A DNA stretch of 62,939 nt, filler included. It is 6 parts of 6 records of this genome, joined end to end, with 100 filler letters (N's around TTAATTAATTAA, not from the genome) between each part and the next. Parts side by side here need not be neighbours in the genome. Positions count along the whole stretch, not along the records: positions 1 to 25,877 come from DRR723986_35940; 5 more parts are not named here. One strand, given 5' to 3'. Position numbers and translations under genes: made by a program. Below are positions 1 to 8,775 of the stretch, piece by piece (positions within the stretch are counted from its first letter, which is position 1; the number at the start of each line of letters is the position of its first letter). Under the pieces are notes generated by a model. That model was not told the DNA's origin, searched no databases, and saw only the letters and a list, made by a program, of their open reading frames with translations.

Positions 1-137
1 TTACCAACTATTTTTGACCATTAAATCTTAAAAAAAATCCTACTGGACTAGGTTAAATAGTGATTGAATGTAATCCTAATTATTTGAAATTCAAAATACT
101 GTGTCTGAAAAGTAGCAGAGTTGGTTTGAAATACTTT

Positions 138-299
138 TTATAATAAATCAATTTTTTTTGCTATTTCTTCAGCCTCTGCTGCCAAACGATCAGCTTCCTT
201 TCTATTTACTTGTGATGCTTTGTGCACTTCAGCTAGTTTTTTTGAGTATGCTTCTTGTAATTTTTCTTTCTCTGATTTCTTGTTAAATAATCCGAACAT
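138..299 (-). CDS. Small Bacteroidota protein, Lacal_2735 family (53 aa)
   Basis: Not in the ORF track; translated by hand: MFGLFNKKSEKEKLQEAYSKKLAEVHKASQVNRKEADRLAAEAEEIAKKIDLL*. The MFGLFxKKSEKEKLQ start and NRxExD motif match the family as I recall it. Confidence 0.8.
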   Translation of the reverse strand: MFGLFNKKSEKEKLQEAYSKKLAEVHKASQVNRKEADRLAAEAEEIAKKIDLL

Positions 300-345
300 G
301 ATGGGTTTTATTAAAGAAACTCTGAATTTTCAACAATGTTTTCCA

Positions 346-1914
346 TTAGTTGAAATTGATCAAATTACTCAATGACTCTTCTTCTATCTCATCATTTTTG
401 TAATTGATTAAATCCTCTAATCGTCCAGCAGGATTATAGTATCTCCAAGGCCCTTCCTTTTTACCATCTTTCATTTGACCTTCAGAGGCTTTTCTGCCAT
501 TTTCGTGGTAAAATAGCCAAGTACCCGCTGCTTTTCCGGCTATGTAATTCCCCTCAGATTCCTTCTTCCCATTCACATAATAGGTGATTCTTGTCCCGTT
601 TCCATCCTTCAATGTTCCTTTGTTTAAGTTCTCAGTTCCATCATAGGATTTGTATTCGCTGATATTCATTAGACGGCCATTGTCCCAAAACTCTTCTTGG
701 GTAAGTTGCTTATTGTCATAAAATAGCCCCCAAATACCATTTTCGAATCCTATGTTATAGCTTCCTACGGATTTCAGCTGCCCCCCATCGTAATAATAAA
801 CCCACTGTCCATTTTCAAGGCCTAAGCTGTATTCACCTTCAGCCACCAGTATTCCGATTTTATTGAAATATTTCCAAAGTCCAGTTTTTAAGTCATTTCT
901 ATATTCTCCAATGGAATAAATTTCGCCATCAGGAAAGAAGCTCTTCCAAACACCTGTTTTCATTCCATTTTGATATTGTCCAGATACTGATATTTGACCT
1001 GAACTATGGTATTCTACATAGTCACCTACTGGAACGCCTAAGTCGTATGTTTTTCGTTTAGCAATCTCCTTATTAGGAAAGTATTCTTCCCAGGTACCTA
1101 CCGCAATTCCATTCTCGTACTTCTCAATTCTAGCAAGTCGTTGGTTTTCATAGTAATACTTCCATGTTCCAATACGATTCCCATTTTCGTCGTAAAATTC
1201 CTCTGATTCTTTTGATTTGGTTCCTGTGAAGTAGCGTGTCCATTCGCCTACTTTTTTTCCATTCTTATAATTTCCTTCCTCTACTACTAGATTTGGATAG
1301 GTGAGTCTTTTGAATGCGCCATCTAATTGTCCTCCTTTATATAAACCTTCGGTAATCAGTACACCTTCTGGATCGTATTCCAAGTAGGGGCCTTCTTTTA
1401 GTCCATTTACATAAAATTCTCTTGTAGCTACCTCACCAAAATCATAGTATTGCACCCACTGACCTGTTTTTTTGCTGTTTTCATACTGGCCTTCCAGAGA
1501 AACTTGAGTTGCATCAATGTATTCTGGTACTCCCGTTCTTCCGAAATACTCTACGTATTTCCCGACAATTACAGAATCTTTAAAAATCATTTCTTTTTTC
1601 AATGCTCCATCTGCGTCATATAATTTAGATGGACCAAAGAGAATCCCGTCTTTATATTCTGCTACTACTTTTTTTCTACCATCGCTATAAAAGCTGGTCC
1701 ATAGCCCTTCCCTTTTCCCATTTTTAAAAGTTCCTTCAGTAAGAAGTGTGTTAGTTTTAGGATTGTAATATTTCCACAATCCCTCCCGCATTGAATTAGT
1801 AACTATACCTGTAGCCATTAGCGTAGAGTCGGAATTATACTGCCGGACCATAGCGCTTTCTTGGGCCAATACTGGCGTGGTGAAAAGGATTATTGCGATT
1901 AGGAGGTATTTCAT
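346..1914 (-). CDS. Exported MORN-variant repeat protein (YwqK-like)
   Basis: Many G-x-W-x-x-Y-Y-x-x-G...G-x-Y-x-x-G repeats. Signal peptide MKYLLIAIILFTTPVLA from the ATG at 1914 (the ORF track start at 1941 is probably too long). Confidence 0.85.
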   Translation of the reverse strand: MKYLLIAIILFTTPVLAQESAMVRQYNSDSTLMATGIVTNSMREGLWKYYNPKTNTLLTEGTFKNGKREGLWTSFYSDGRKKVVAEYKDGILFGPSKLYDADGALKKEMIFKDSVIVGKYVEYFGRTGVPEYIDATQVSLEGQYENSKKTGQWVQYYDFGEVATREFYVNGLKEGPYLEYDPEGVLITEGLYKGGQLDGAFKRLTYPNLVVEEGNYKNGKKVGEWTRYFTGTKSKESEEFYDENGNRIGTWKYYYENQRLARIEKYENGIAVGTWEEYFPNKEIAKRKTYDLGVPVGDYVEYHSSGQISVSGQYQNGMKTGVWKSFFPDGEIYSIGEYRNDLKTGLWKYFNKIGILVAEGEYSLGLENGQWVYYYDGGQLKSVGSYNIGFENGIWGLFYDNKQLTQEEFWDNGRLMNISEYKSYDGTENLNKGTLKDGNGTRITYYVNGKKESEGNYIAGKAAGTWLFYHENGRKASEGQMKDGKKEGPWRYYNPAGRLEDLINYKNDEIEEESLSNLINFN

Positions 1915-2026
1915 ATGGTTTTTATTTCGTCTAGATTTCATGGGTTAGGTGAAATCTTACAAAAGGATAATCTGATTAGTTTACGAAGGATCTTCAATCC
2001 TGTTTAAAAATAAGTTAATTCCAGCT

Positions 2027-2590
2027 TTATCCCATTTTTTCCGAGAGTAAGTAATTCAGATTTTTTAGTTCATTCAATATTCTCGTCTTAATTTCTGAGG
2101 CAGACCTAATAGGAATTGGTTTGTGCCATTGGTAAAACGAAGAATTTGCTATTTCATTCTCCGTGGGCGTAATAGTAGCTGCGAAATTCAATAGAATTTC
2201 AGGATAATCCCATGGTGTTTGTGATAAATCAAACATCCAATTCTCGCTTCTCAGTTGATTTAAGGGTGCTTTTGGATGCTTTTTTCCTATCAAAACAAAC
2301 AGGAAAACACCATGTCCAAACCAATTTAGCAGACGAATGTTTAGACCGTTATCTTGATCAAAATCTCTAATCAAATCCAAAACTTGGTATGGGAATCCTA
2401 AAAGGTCACTTCCTTTGGATAATTTTACTCCGCGACTGCGAGAATGAATTTTAACAAGGTCTTCCGCGTCCACGGCGTTTCCGATCTCAGAAAGGATATT
2501 CCAGAATTTAGCTTTTAACTTATTTTGGCGAGGGATTAGCTCTCGGTCAAGCCAAAGCTCCAAATCTATTTCATTCGGATTTTCTGCCAT
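2027..2590 (-). CDS. Hypothetical protein, abutting the fabH stop codon
   Basis: 187-aa ORF whose ATG directly follows the fabH TAA; no recognised family. Confidence 0.7.
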   Translation of the reverse strand: MAENPNEIDLELWLDRELIPRQNKLKAKFWNILSEIGNAVDAEDLVKIHSRSRGVKLSKGSDLLGFPYQVLDLIRDFDQDNGLNIRLLNWFGHGVFLFVLIGKKHPKAPLNQLRSENWMFDLSQTPWDYPEILLNFAATITPTENEIANSSFYQWHKPIPIRSASEIKTRILNELKNLNYLLSEKMG

Positions 2591-3589
2591 TTACCATTGT
2601 AGTATTGCAGAAGCCCATGTGAACCCAGACCCAAAGGCGGCAAGACAAATCAAATCTCCCTCCTTGATTTTTCCCTGCTCCCAAGCTTCGCTAAGCGCAA
2701 TTGGGATAGTGGCCGCCGTAGTGTTTCCTTTGTCCATGATATTGTTAAATACCTTTTCGTCAGGAAGTCCCAGCTGCTTTTGTATGTACTGGCTGATACG
2801 GAGATTGGCTTGGTGAGGAACCAGTAAATCTATAGCTGATTGATCCAATTGATTTGCATCGAGTGCTTCCTTGATCACTTCCATAAATCTCACTACTGCA
2901 TGCTTGAAAACTGCATTTCCATTCATTTTAAGGAAAAAACTTCCTGACTCGATCAACTCGGGAGAAATCCTAACCTCACGACTACTTCCAGGATCTTTGC
3001 AATAAAGTTCCTCAGCATGTTCGCCTTGGGAATGTAGATGTGTACTTAGAATACCAAGCTGATCCGCTTCTGCAGCTCCCAGAACTGCAGCGCCGGCTCC
3101 ATCCGCGAAAATGACTGAACTGGAGCGGCCTTCGTCGCTTTTGTCCAGAGCTGAAGACTGGATTTCAGCTCCTACCACCAAGATCTTTTTGTACATACCA
3201 GTTTTGATAAACTGATCTGCTATGGAAAGTGCATAGATAAATCCAGAACAGGCGTTTCGGATATCCAGAGCTCCAATGGTCCCCATACCTAGCTCACGTT
3301 GAAGCAAAACACCATTTCCAGGAATGAAATAATCTGGAGTAATAGTGGCAAAAACAATGAAATCAATTTCTGATGCCTGTACTCCAGCTCTTTTCAGAGC
3401 CATTTCTGAAGCATGTTTTGACATGCTGGTGACAGTGTCTACACCAGGTGTAAACCAGTGGCGAGATTCTATACCCGTTCGTTCGACGATCCACTCATTG
3501 TTAGTGTTCATCATCTCAGAAAGCTCATGATTAGTAACACTTCGCTCTGGTACATAGTGACCGACTCCTAAAATCCTAGATTTTTGCAT
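2591..3589 (-). CDS. fabH: 3-oxoacyl-ACP synthase III
   Basis: NACSGFIY (catalytic Cys), PHQANLRI (His), GNTTAATIP (Asn), FGSGFTW. Confidence 0.93.
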   Translation of the reverse strand: MQKSRILGVGHYVPERSVTNHELSEMMNTNNEWIVERTGIESRHWFTPGVDTVTSMSKHASEMALKRAGVQASEIDFIVFATITPDYFIPGNGVLLQRELGMGTIGALDIRNACSGFIYALSIADQFIKTGMYKKILVVGAEIQSSALDKSDEGRSSSVIFADGAGAAVLGAAEADQLGILSTHLHSQGEHAEELYCKDPGSSREVRISPELIESGSFFLKMNGNAVFKHAVVRFMEVIKEALDANQLDQSAIDLLVPHQANLRISQYIQKQLGLPDEKVFNNIMDKGNTTAATIPIALSEAWEQGKIKEGDLICLAAFGSGFTWASAILQW

Positions 3590-3674
3590 GTCAATTTGGG
3601 TTATTCATAAAATTGAATGACAATATCGCGAGATCAATTTACTCTAGCAAAAGCGACAAGGACTAGCGGTAGAA

Positions 3675-4373
3675 TTAACCGAAAAGTGTATAATTCCCAT
3701 GCTGGTCCATAGGAGAGGTTTTGCGGATGACTGCAGGGCTATCATTCTGAACAGAATTCACTAAAGGTGAAACTGTAAAGCCTAACATGTGGTCCGCTGA
3801 ATAAGGTTTTAACATAGTCATAAGTTCTTCTTCTGCGGCGTAGCTATCCAGCCATTTTTTTTCGGCATCTCTGTCTAAGATGACCGGCATTCTATCATGA
3901 ATATCAGAGACAACGGAATTAGGAGTAGTAGTAAGAATCAAAAAAGTATGCTGACTTTCTCCATTCGTAGACTCATATTCCTCCCATATTCCTGCAAAAG
4001 AAAAAAGCTCACCTTCACGCAGGGTGAATCGGTAGGGGACAGAAGTTTTCTTCCCAAGTCGCTTCCATTCGTAAAATCCATCAGCAGGAATAATACATCT
4101 ACGCTGTCTGAAGGCTGTTTTGAAAGAAATTTTCTCATTTACAGTCTCAGCTTTTGCATTAATTAGCTTCTGAGCTACAGGTCTGTTTTTGCCAAATTCC
4201 GGAGTGATTCCCCAGTAGAAATAAGAAAATCCTTTTGGGCTCTGCGAGGTGATTACAGGTACAAGTTGTGTAGGAGCGATGTTATACCTAGGTTTTAGAT
4301 CAGTTAGCATTTCTGCTTTGAATCTCTCTTCAAGTTCTTCTTTACTTTTGCTTAGGGAATATCGTCCACACAT
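3675..4373 (-). CDS. SOS response-associated peptidase (SRAP/YedK/HMCES, abasic-site protection)
   Basis: N-terminal MCGRY, RYNIAPTQ, INAKAET, GFYEW, IHDRMPVIL. Confidence 0.95.
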   Translation of the reverse strand: MCGRYSLSKSKEELEERFKAEMLTDLKPRYNIAPTQLVPVITSQSPKGFSYFYWGITPEFGKNRPVAQKLINAKAETVNEKISFKTAFRQRRCIIPADGFYEWKRLGKKTSVPYRFTLREGELFSFAGIWEEYESTNGESQHTFLILTTTPNSVVSDIHDRMPVILDRDAEKKWLDSYAAEEELMTMLKPYSADHMLGFTVSPLVNSVQNDSPAVIRKTSPMDQHGNYTLFG

Positions 4374-4402
4374 AATGTTATATCGCTGTAATTGGCAGGA
4401 AG

Positions 4403-5362
4403 TTAGATAACAGCGCTTATAAATTCAACTGCTCTTTGCTCCGAATAATAAGGTTTTGATGAGTTTTCAGGAGAAAACCCCACATGACCTCCGTGTTTTG
4501 GGAATTCAAAATACACCTGACCAAGTGATTTGGCAAGGCTTGTCGGAAAGCATTTTTCACTTAGAAAAGGGTCATTTAGTGCATTTAAGACAAATGTGGG
4601 TACTTTGATCTGATCTAGAAAGTAGAGAGAAGAATTCACTTCATAGTATTCTTCAGCATCAGCAAAGCCGTGAAGCGGGCCGGTAAAAAAATCATCAAAA
4701 TCAGCCAAAGTTTTAATATTTCTTAGGGTTTCTACAGGGATTTGACCCGGATGAGTAGCAGATTTATCGATAACTTTCTTTTTTAGGCTCCGCAAAAAGC
4801 GTTTGGAATACAAGGTGTTTTCCATTTCAGATATTTTTCGTGAGGAACTTCCTAAATGCAGAGGTACAGAGATAGCTACTCCTTTATGAAGTTTTGGTAT
4901 AGTGTCACCTTTTTCTCCTAAGTATTTTAATGTCAGATTTCCGCCAAGACTAAACCCAATTAAGTTTATTTCTTCATAAGCAGTAATTGCATGCTGGACC
5001 ACCAAATCCAAATCGTAAGTAGCGCCCGAGTGATAGAAAATCACCTGCTTATTCATCTCTTCACTACAGCTTCGAAAATTCCAGGTTAGCACATCGTAGC
5101 CTTTTCCCATAAAGGTATTGACCATTCCAAGCATGTAAGCTCTGGTGCTATTGCCTTCTAAACCATGACTGATGATGACTAATTTTGACTTGTTTTGTCG
5201 GTACCAATCCAGATCCAGAAAGTCACCGTCTGAAGTATTGATTCTCTCCTTAAAGGGTGGAGGAGCGGTTACTTTCCTGAAAAGAGAAGGGTAAATTGTT
5301 TCTAAGTGTCCGTTAAACAACCACTTAGGCCTGGTGTAGGTGCTATGTTCTAGTAATGGCAT
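4403..5362 (-). CDS. YheT-family alpha/beta hydrolase
   Basis: HGLEG, GFSLGG nucleophile elbow, NALNDPF, GGHVGF. Confidence 0.9.
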   Translation of the reverse strand: MPLLEHSTYTRPKWLFNGHLETIYPSLFRKVTAPPPFKERINTSDGDFLDLDWYRQNKSKLVIISHGLEGNSTRAYMLGMVNTFMGKGYDVLTWNFRSCSEEMNKQVIFYHSGATYDLDLVVQHAITAYEEINLIGFSLGGNLTLKYLGEKGDTIPKLHKGVAISVPLHLGSSSRKISEMENTLYSKRFLRSLKKKVIDKSATHPGQIPVETLRNIKTLADFDDFFTGPLHGFADAEEYYEVNSSLYFLDQIKVPTFVLNALNDPFLSEKCFPTSLAKSLGQVYFEFPKHGGHVGFSPENSSKPYYSEQRAVEFISAVI

Positions 5363-5417
5363 ATCAGGGGGCTAAGGTTTGATAGCTGAAATGCTTGGGG
5401 AAATTACTAGTTTTAAA

Positions 5418-5449
5418 TTTGATTAAAGCCATTATAAAAACTATTTTTG
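5418..5449 (+). promoter_or_regulatory. Bacteroidota primary-sigma promoter for PDH E2
   Basis: TTTG at 5418-5421 and TATTTTTG (TAnnTTTG -7 element) at 5442-5449, 20 nt apart, upstream of ATG 5484. Confidence 0.6.
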
Positions 5450-5483
5450 GACACTTTAAAAACGAATTAGCGCGGAATTACCT

Positions 5484-7124
5484 ATGGCCGAAATAATAAG
5501 AATGCCTAAAATGAGCGACACCATGGAAGAAGGTGTGATCGCTGCATGGTTGAAAAAAGTTGGAGATTCAGTAAAGCCAGGTGATATTCTGGCTGAAGTG
5601 GAGACTGACAAAGCAACGATGGAGCTGGAATCCTACGACGAGGGTGTGCTTTTATATATTGGAGTTAAAGAAAAAGATGCAGTGCCTGTGAATGGCGTAA
5701 TAGCTGTTATCGGAGAGAAAGGTGAGGATTATCAGCACCTACTTGATGGTGGAGATGCACCTGCGGAAAAGAAAACTGAAGAAGCTCCAAAGGCTGAAGA
5801 GAAAAAAGCTGAACCTGCAAAGTCTGAAGCTCCGGCTGAGAAAATTGATACTTCAAACATCAATGCGATTGTAATCACAATGCCTAAGATGTCTGATACC
5901 ATGCAAGAGGGAACTATTGCAACTTGGTTGAAGAAAGTAGGGGATGATGTGAAGTCAGGTGAAATCATCGCAGAAGTAGAAACAGATAAAGCAACAATGG
6001 AACTGGAGTCATATGATGACGGAACCTTGCTATATATAGGTGTGGAAGCTGGAGACTCAGTACCAGTTGATGGAGTGATCGCTGTGATCGGTGAAAAAGG
6101 TGCTGATTTCGAAACACTTTTGAAGGCTCAAAAAACCGAATCTTCTGAAGCACCAGTTGAAACTAAAGCTGAATCGGCCCCAGAAACCAAAAAAGAAGAA
6201 GCTCCTAAAGCTTCATCAGCACCAGCTGCGAGCAGTGCTCCTGCGACTAATGCTGAGGGCGATAGATTAAAAGCATCTCCTTTGGCTAAGAAAATGGCTG
6301 AGGACAAAGGAATAGATATACGCACGGTAAGTGGCTCTGGCGAAGGCGGAAGGGTTGTAAAAAGAGACGTTGAGAATTTTGTTCCTGCCGCTGCTCCACA
6401 AGGAGGCGAAGCTGTTGGAACTGCTGCTCCTGGTCTTGGAGTAGAAAGCTTCAAGGAAGAGAAAGTTTCTCAAATGAGAAAAGTGATTGCAAAGAGACTT
6501 GCTGAAAGCAAGTTTGGTGCGCCACACTTCTACGTGACCATGGAAATCAACATGGACAAAGCAATTGAAGCTAGAAAAAGCATGAATGAAATTGCTCCAG
6601 TGAAGATTTCCTTTAACGATATGGTGATCAAGGCAACTGCGGCAGCTTTGCGTCAGCATCCTAAAGTAAACTCTAGCTGGCTAGGAGATAAGATCAGATA
6701 CAATGACCATATTCATATCGGTATGGCAGTAGCTGTGGAAGAAGGTCTTTTGGTTCCAGTGATTAGATTTGCAGATAGCCTGTCACTTTCTCAGATTTCT
6801 ACACAGGCGAAAAGCCTAGGTGGAAAAGCTAAGAATAAAGAACTACAGCCTAAGGATTGGGAAGGAAATACCTTCACTATTTCCAACTTAGGAATGTTCG
6901 GGGTGGATGAATTCACTGCAATTATTAACCCACCAGATGCATGTATACTTGCAGTTGGTGGCATCAAGGAAACGGTAGTAGTGAAAGATGGACAAATGCA
7001 AGTGGGTAATGTGATGAAGGTAACTTTGTCCTGTGACCACAGAGTGGTAGATGGTTCCGTTGGAGCTGCATTCTTGATTACTTTGAAAAGCTTACTTGAA
7101 GATCCAGTCAGAATACTGGTATAA
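5484..7124 (+). CDS. pdhC: Pyruvate dehydrogenase E2 dihydrolipoamide acetyltransferase with two lipoyl domains
   Basis: Two EVETDKATME lipoyl motifs, ASPLAKKMA...GSGEGGRV E3-binding domain, catalytic CDHRVVDG. Confidence 0.95.
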   Translation: MAEIIRMPKMSDTMEEGVIAAWLKKVGDSVKPGDILAEVETDKATMELESYDEGVLLYIGVKEKDAVPVNGVIAVIGEKGEDYQHLLDGGDAPAEKKTEEAPKAEEKKAEPAKSEAPAEKIDTSNINAIVITMPKMSDTMQEGTIATWLKKVGDDVKSGEIIAEVETDKATMELESYDDGTLLYIGVEAGDSVPVDGVIAVIGEKGADFETLLKAQKTESSEAPVETKAESAPETKKEEAPKASSAPAASSAPATNAEGDRLKASPLAKKMAEDKGIDIRTVSGSGEGGRVVKRDVENFVPAAAPQGGEAVGTAAPGLGVESFKEEKVSQMRKVIAKRLAESKFGAPHFYVTMEINMDKAIEARKSMNEIAPVKISFNDMVIKATAAALRQHPKVNSSWLGDKIRYNDHIHIGMAVAVEEGLLVPVIRFADSLSLSQISTQAKSLGGKAKNKELQPKDWEGNTFTISNLGMFGVDEFTAIINPPDACILAVGGIKETVVVKDGQMQVGNVMKVTLSCDHRVVDGSVGAAFLITLKSLLEDPVRILV

Positions 7125-7217
7125 GAAAATAGATTAACTGCCAAAAAGTCCTGATTTCAGGACTTTTTGCTTTTTGTACGTTTATTGGTAAGTAACGAGC
7201 ACACAATAACCACAGAC

Positions 7218-7760
7218 ATGACAAAAATTAAATCAACAACCGTAGTTGCGATCAGACATAATGGAGAAGTAGTAATAGGAGCTGATGGTCAGGCAACTTT
7301 AGGAAATACTGTAGCTAAGAGCAGCGTAAAAAAATTGAGAGTATTGCAAGGCGGCAAGATTGTAACTGGTTTTGCAGGTTCTACGGCGGATGCATTTACA
7401 CTTTTAGAGAAGTTCGAGGAAAAACTCGGAGCTTTTGGGAATAATATGAAGCGCTCAGCTGTGGAACTGGCAAAAGAATGGAGAACAGATCGCATGCTTT
7501 CCAAGTTGGAGGCAATGATGATCGTAGCTGACGCCGATGATATTCTGATTATTTCCGGAAATGGCGATGTAATCGAGCCGGATATGGAAATAGCCACTAT
7601 TGGATCAGGAAGCATGTATGCACAGTCTGCAGCTAGAGCGATGAAGCAGTTTGCACCGCACATGACAGCAGAGGAGATGGTAAGAGAAAGCCTGAATATT
7701 GCAGCTGATATCTGTATTTATACGAACCATAACTTAGTTATTGAAAAGGTTTCTGGCTAA
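7218..7760 (+). CDS. hslV: ATP-dependent protease subunit HslV
   Basis: STTVVAI N-terminal Thr nucleophile, [29 protein letters not shown]. Start taken at ATG 7218. Confidence 0.95.
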   Translation: MTKIKSTTVVAIRHNGEVVIGADGQATLGNTVAKSSVKKLRVLQGGKIVTGFAGSTADAFTLLEKFEEKLGAFGNNMKRSAVELAKEWRTDRMLSKLEAMMIVADADDILIISGNGDVIEPDMEIATIGSGSMYAQSAARAMKQFAPHMTAEEMVRESLNIAADICIYTNHNLVIEKVSG

Positions 7761-7783
7761 AGCTAAGTAAAGAAATGAGTATC

Positions 7784-7813
7784 AAACCGAAGCTAATCAC
7801 TTCGGTTTTTTTT
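7784..7813 (+). terminator. Intrinsic terminator after hslV
   Basis: AAACCGAAG-ctaatca-CTTCGGTTT followed by a T run. Confidence 0.85.
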
Positions 7814-7824
7814 ATTTTTTTAGC

Positions 7825-7969
7825 CACAGAGTACACGGAGGATTACACAGAGGGGCATATCTTTTAATATTATTTAATTTAAGATTGGGCTGAAAGCCCA
7901 AAATATCAAAACCTAGCCTGTAGGGCTGGGGTCAATGAAATTGTATTAGTGATTGAGCTCTGAAAGAGC
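7825..7969. repeat. REP-like intergenic repeat remnants
   Basis: Three CAC(A/G)GAG units (7825, 7834, 7846), then short hairpins TTGGGCTGAAAGCCCAA (7885-7901), AGCCTGTAGGGCT and GCTCTGAAAGAGC (7957-7969). Confidence 0.5.
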
Positions 7970-8106
7970 GGAATAGGTATTAAATTTTTTACCGTAGTAT
8001 GTGCCGCATAGACCACTATATAGGTGGTGGCCTCATAAATGTTTTTCAGCTTTTTCTAAACCTGTTGTACCTCTTGACTGTTACTGTTTAGTATAAAAGA
8101 AATACT

Positions 8107-8772
8107 ATGGAAACTACCACTGTTAAGAAGACAACCAAGAAAGATTATAGAAAGCTGATTTTGGAAGGCTTTAAAAACCATGTGCTTGAGCATGGTGAAT
8201 TACCCAAGTCAGTTTTCAAGTTTGCAAAGGATTTAAAAATGAAGGAGGAGGATTTCTATACCTACTTCACCTCATTTGAAGCGATAAAATCTACAATTCT
8301 GGTAGATATTTTTGATGAGACTTTAGCTGATATCGAAAAGCAGGGAGTATTTGAAGCGTATTCAGCTCGGGAGAAATTTTTGAGCTTTCTGTTTACGTGG
8401 ATTGAAGTCTTGAAGAAAAACAGATCCTATTTGCTTAGTCTTTATGAAAGCAAAACAAAATCCTTTGTCACCTTGCCAAAAGAAGCGGCTGAGTTTAAGG
8501 AGAAGTTCAAGGCATTTGCTAGCGAAATTATTTTGGAAGGCAAGGAAACGGAAGAAATAGCAAGCCGACCAGTGATCTCAGATCGATACGATGAGGCATT
8601 GTGGATCCAAGTAGGATTTGTATTCCGGTATTGGCTGGATGATAGATCTCCTAGATTTGAGAAAACCGATGCTGCAATAGAGAAATCAGTGAATCTGGCT
8701 TTTGATCTTATGGGAAAAAGTGCACTTGACTCTTTTATTGACTTCGCAAAATTCATGTATCAGTCTAAATAA
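8107..8772 (+). CDS. TetR-like regulator (Bacteroidota TetR C-terminal family)
   Basis: Degenerate N-terminal HTH (FYTYFTSFEAI); C-terminal WLDDRSPRFEKTDAAIEKSV...DFAKF. Confidence 0.75.
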   Translation: METTTVKKTTKKDYRKLILEGFKNHVLEHGELPKSVFKFAKDLKMKEEDFYTYFTSFEAIKSTILVDIFDETLADIEKQGVFEAYSAREKFLSFLFTWIEVLKKNRSYLLSLYESKTKSFVTLPKEAAEFKEKFKAFASEIILEGKETEEIASRPVISDRYDEALWIQVGFVFRYWLDDRSPRFEKTDAAIEKSVNLAFDLMGKSALDSFIDFAKFMYQSK

Positions 8773-8775
8773 GCC

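Noticed and set aside
346-1914. Toxin-antitoxin system suggested by the YwqK-like repeats
   Set aside because: MORN-variant repeat proteins are common in Bacteroidota; this one has a signal peptide and no adjacent toxin.
5499-6105. Long internal DNA repeat
   Set aside because: Explained by the two lipoyl domains of PDH E2.
7218-7760. hslV without adjacent hslU
   Set aside because: hslU can be encoded elsewhere; this cannot be judged from one contig.
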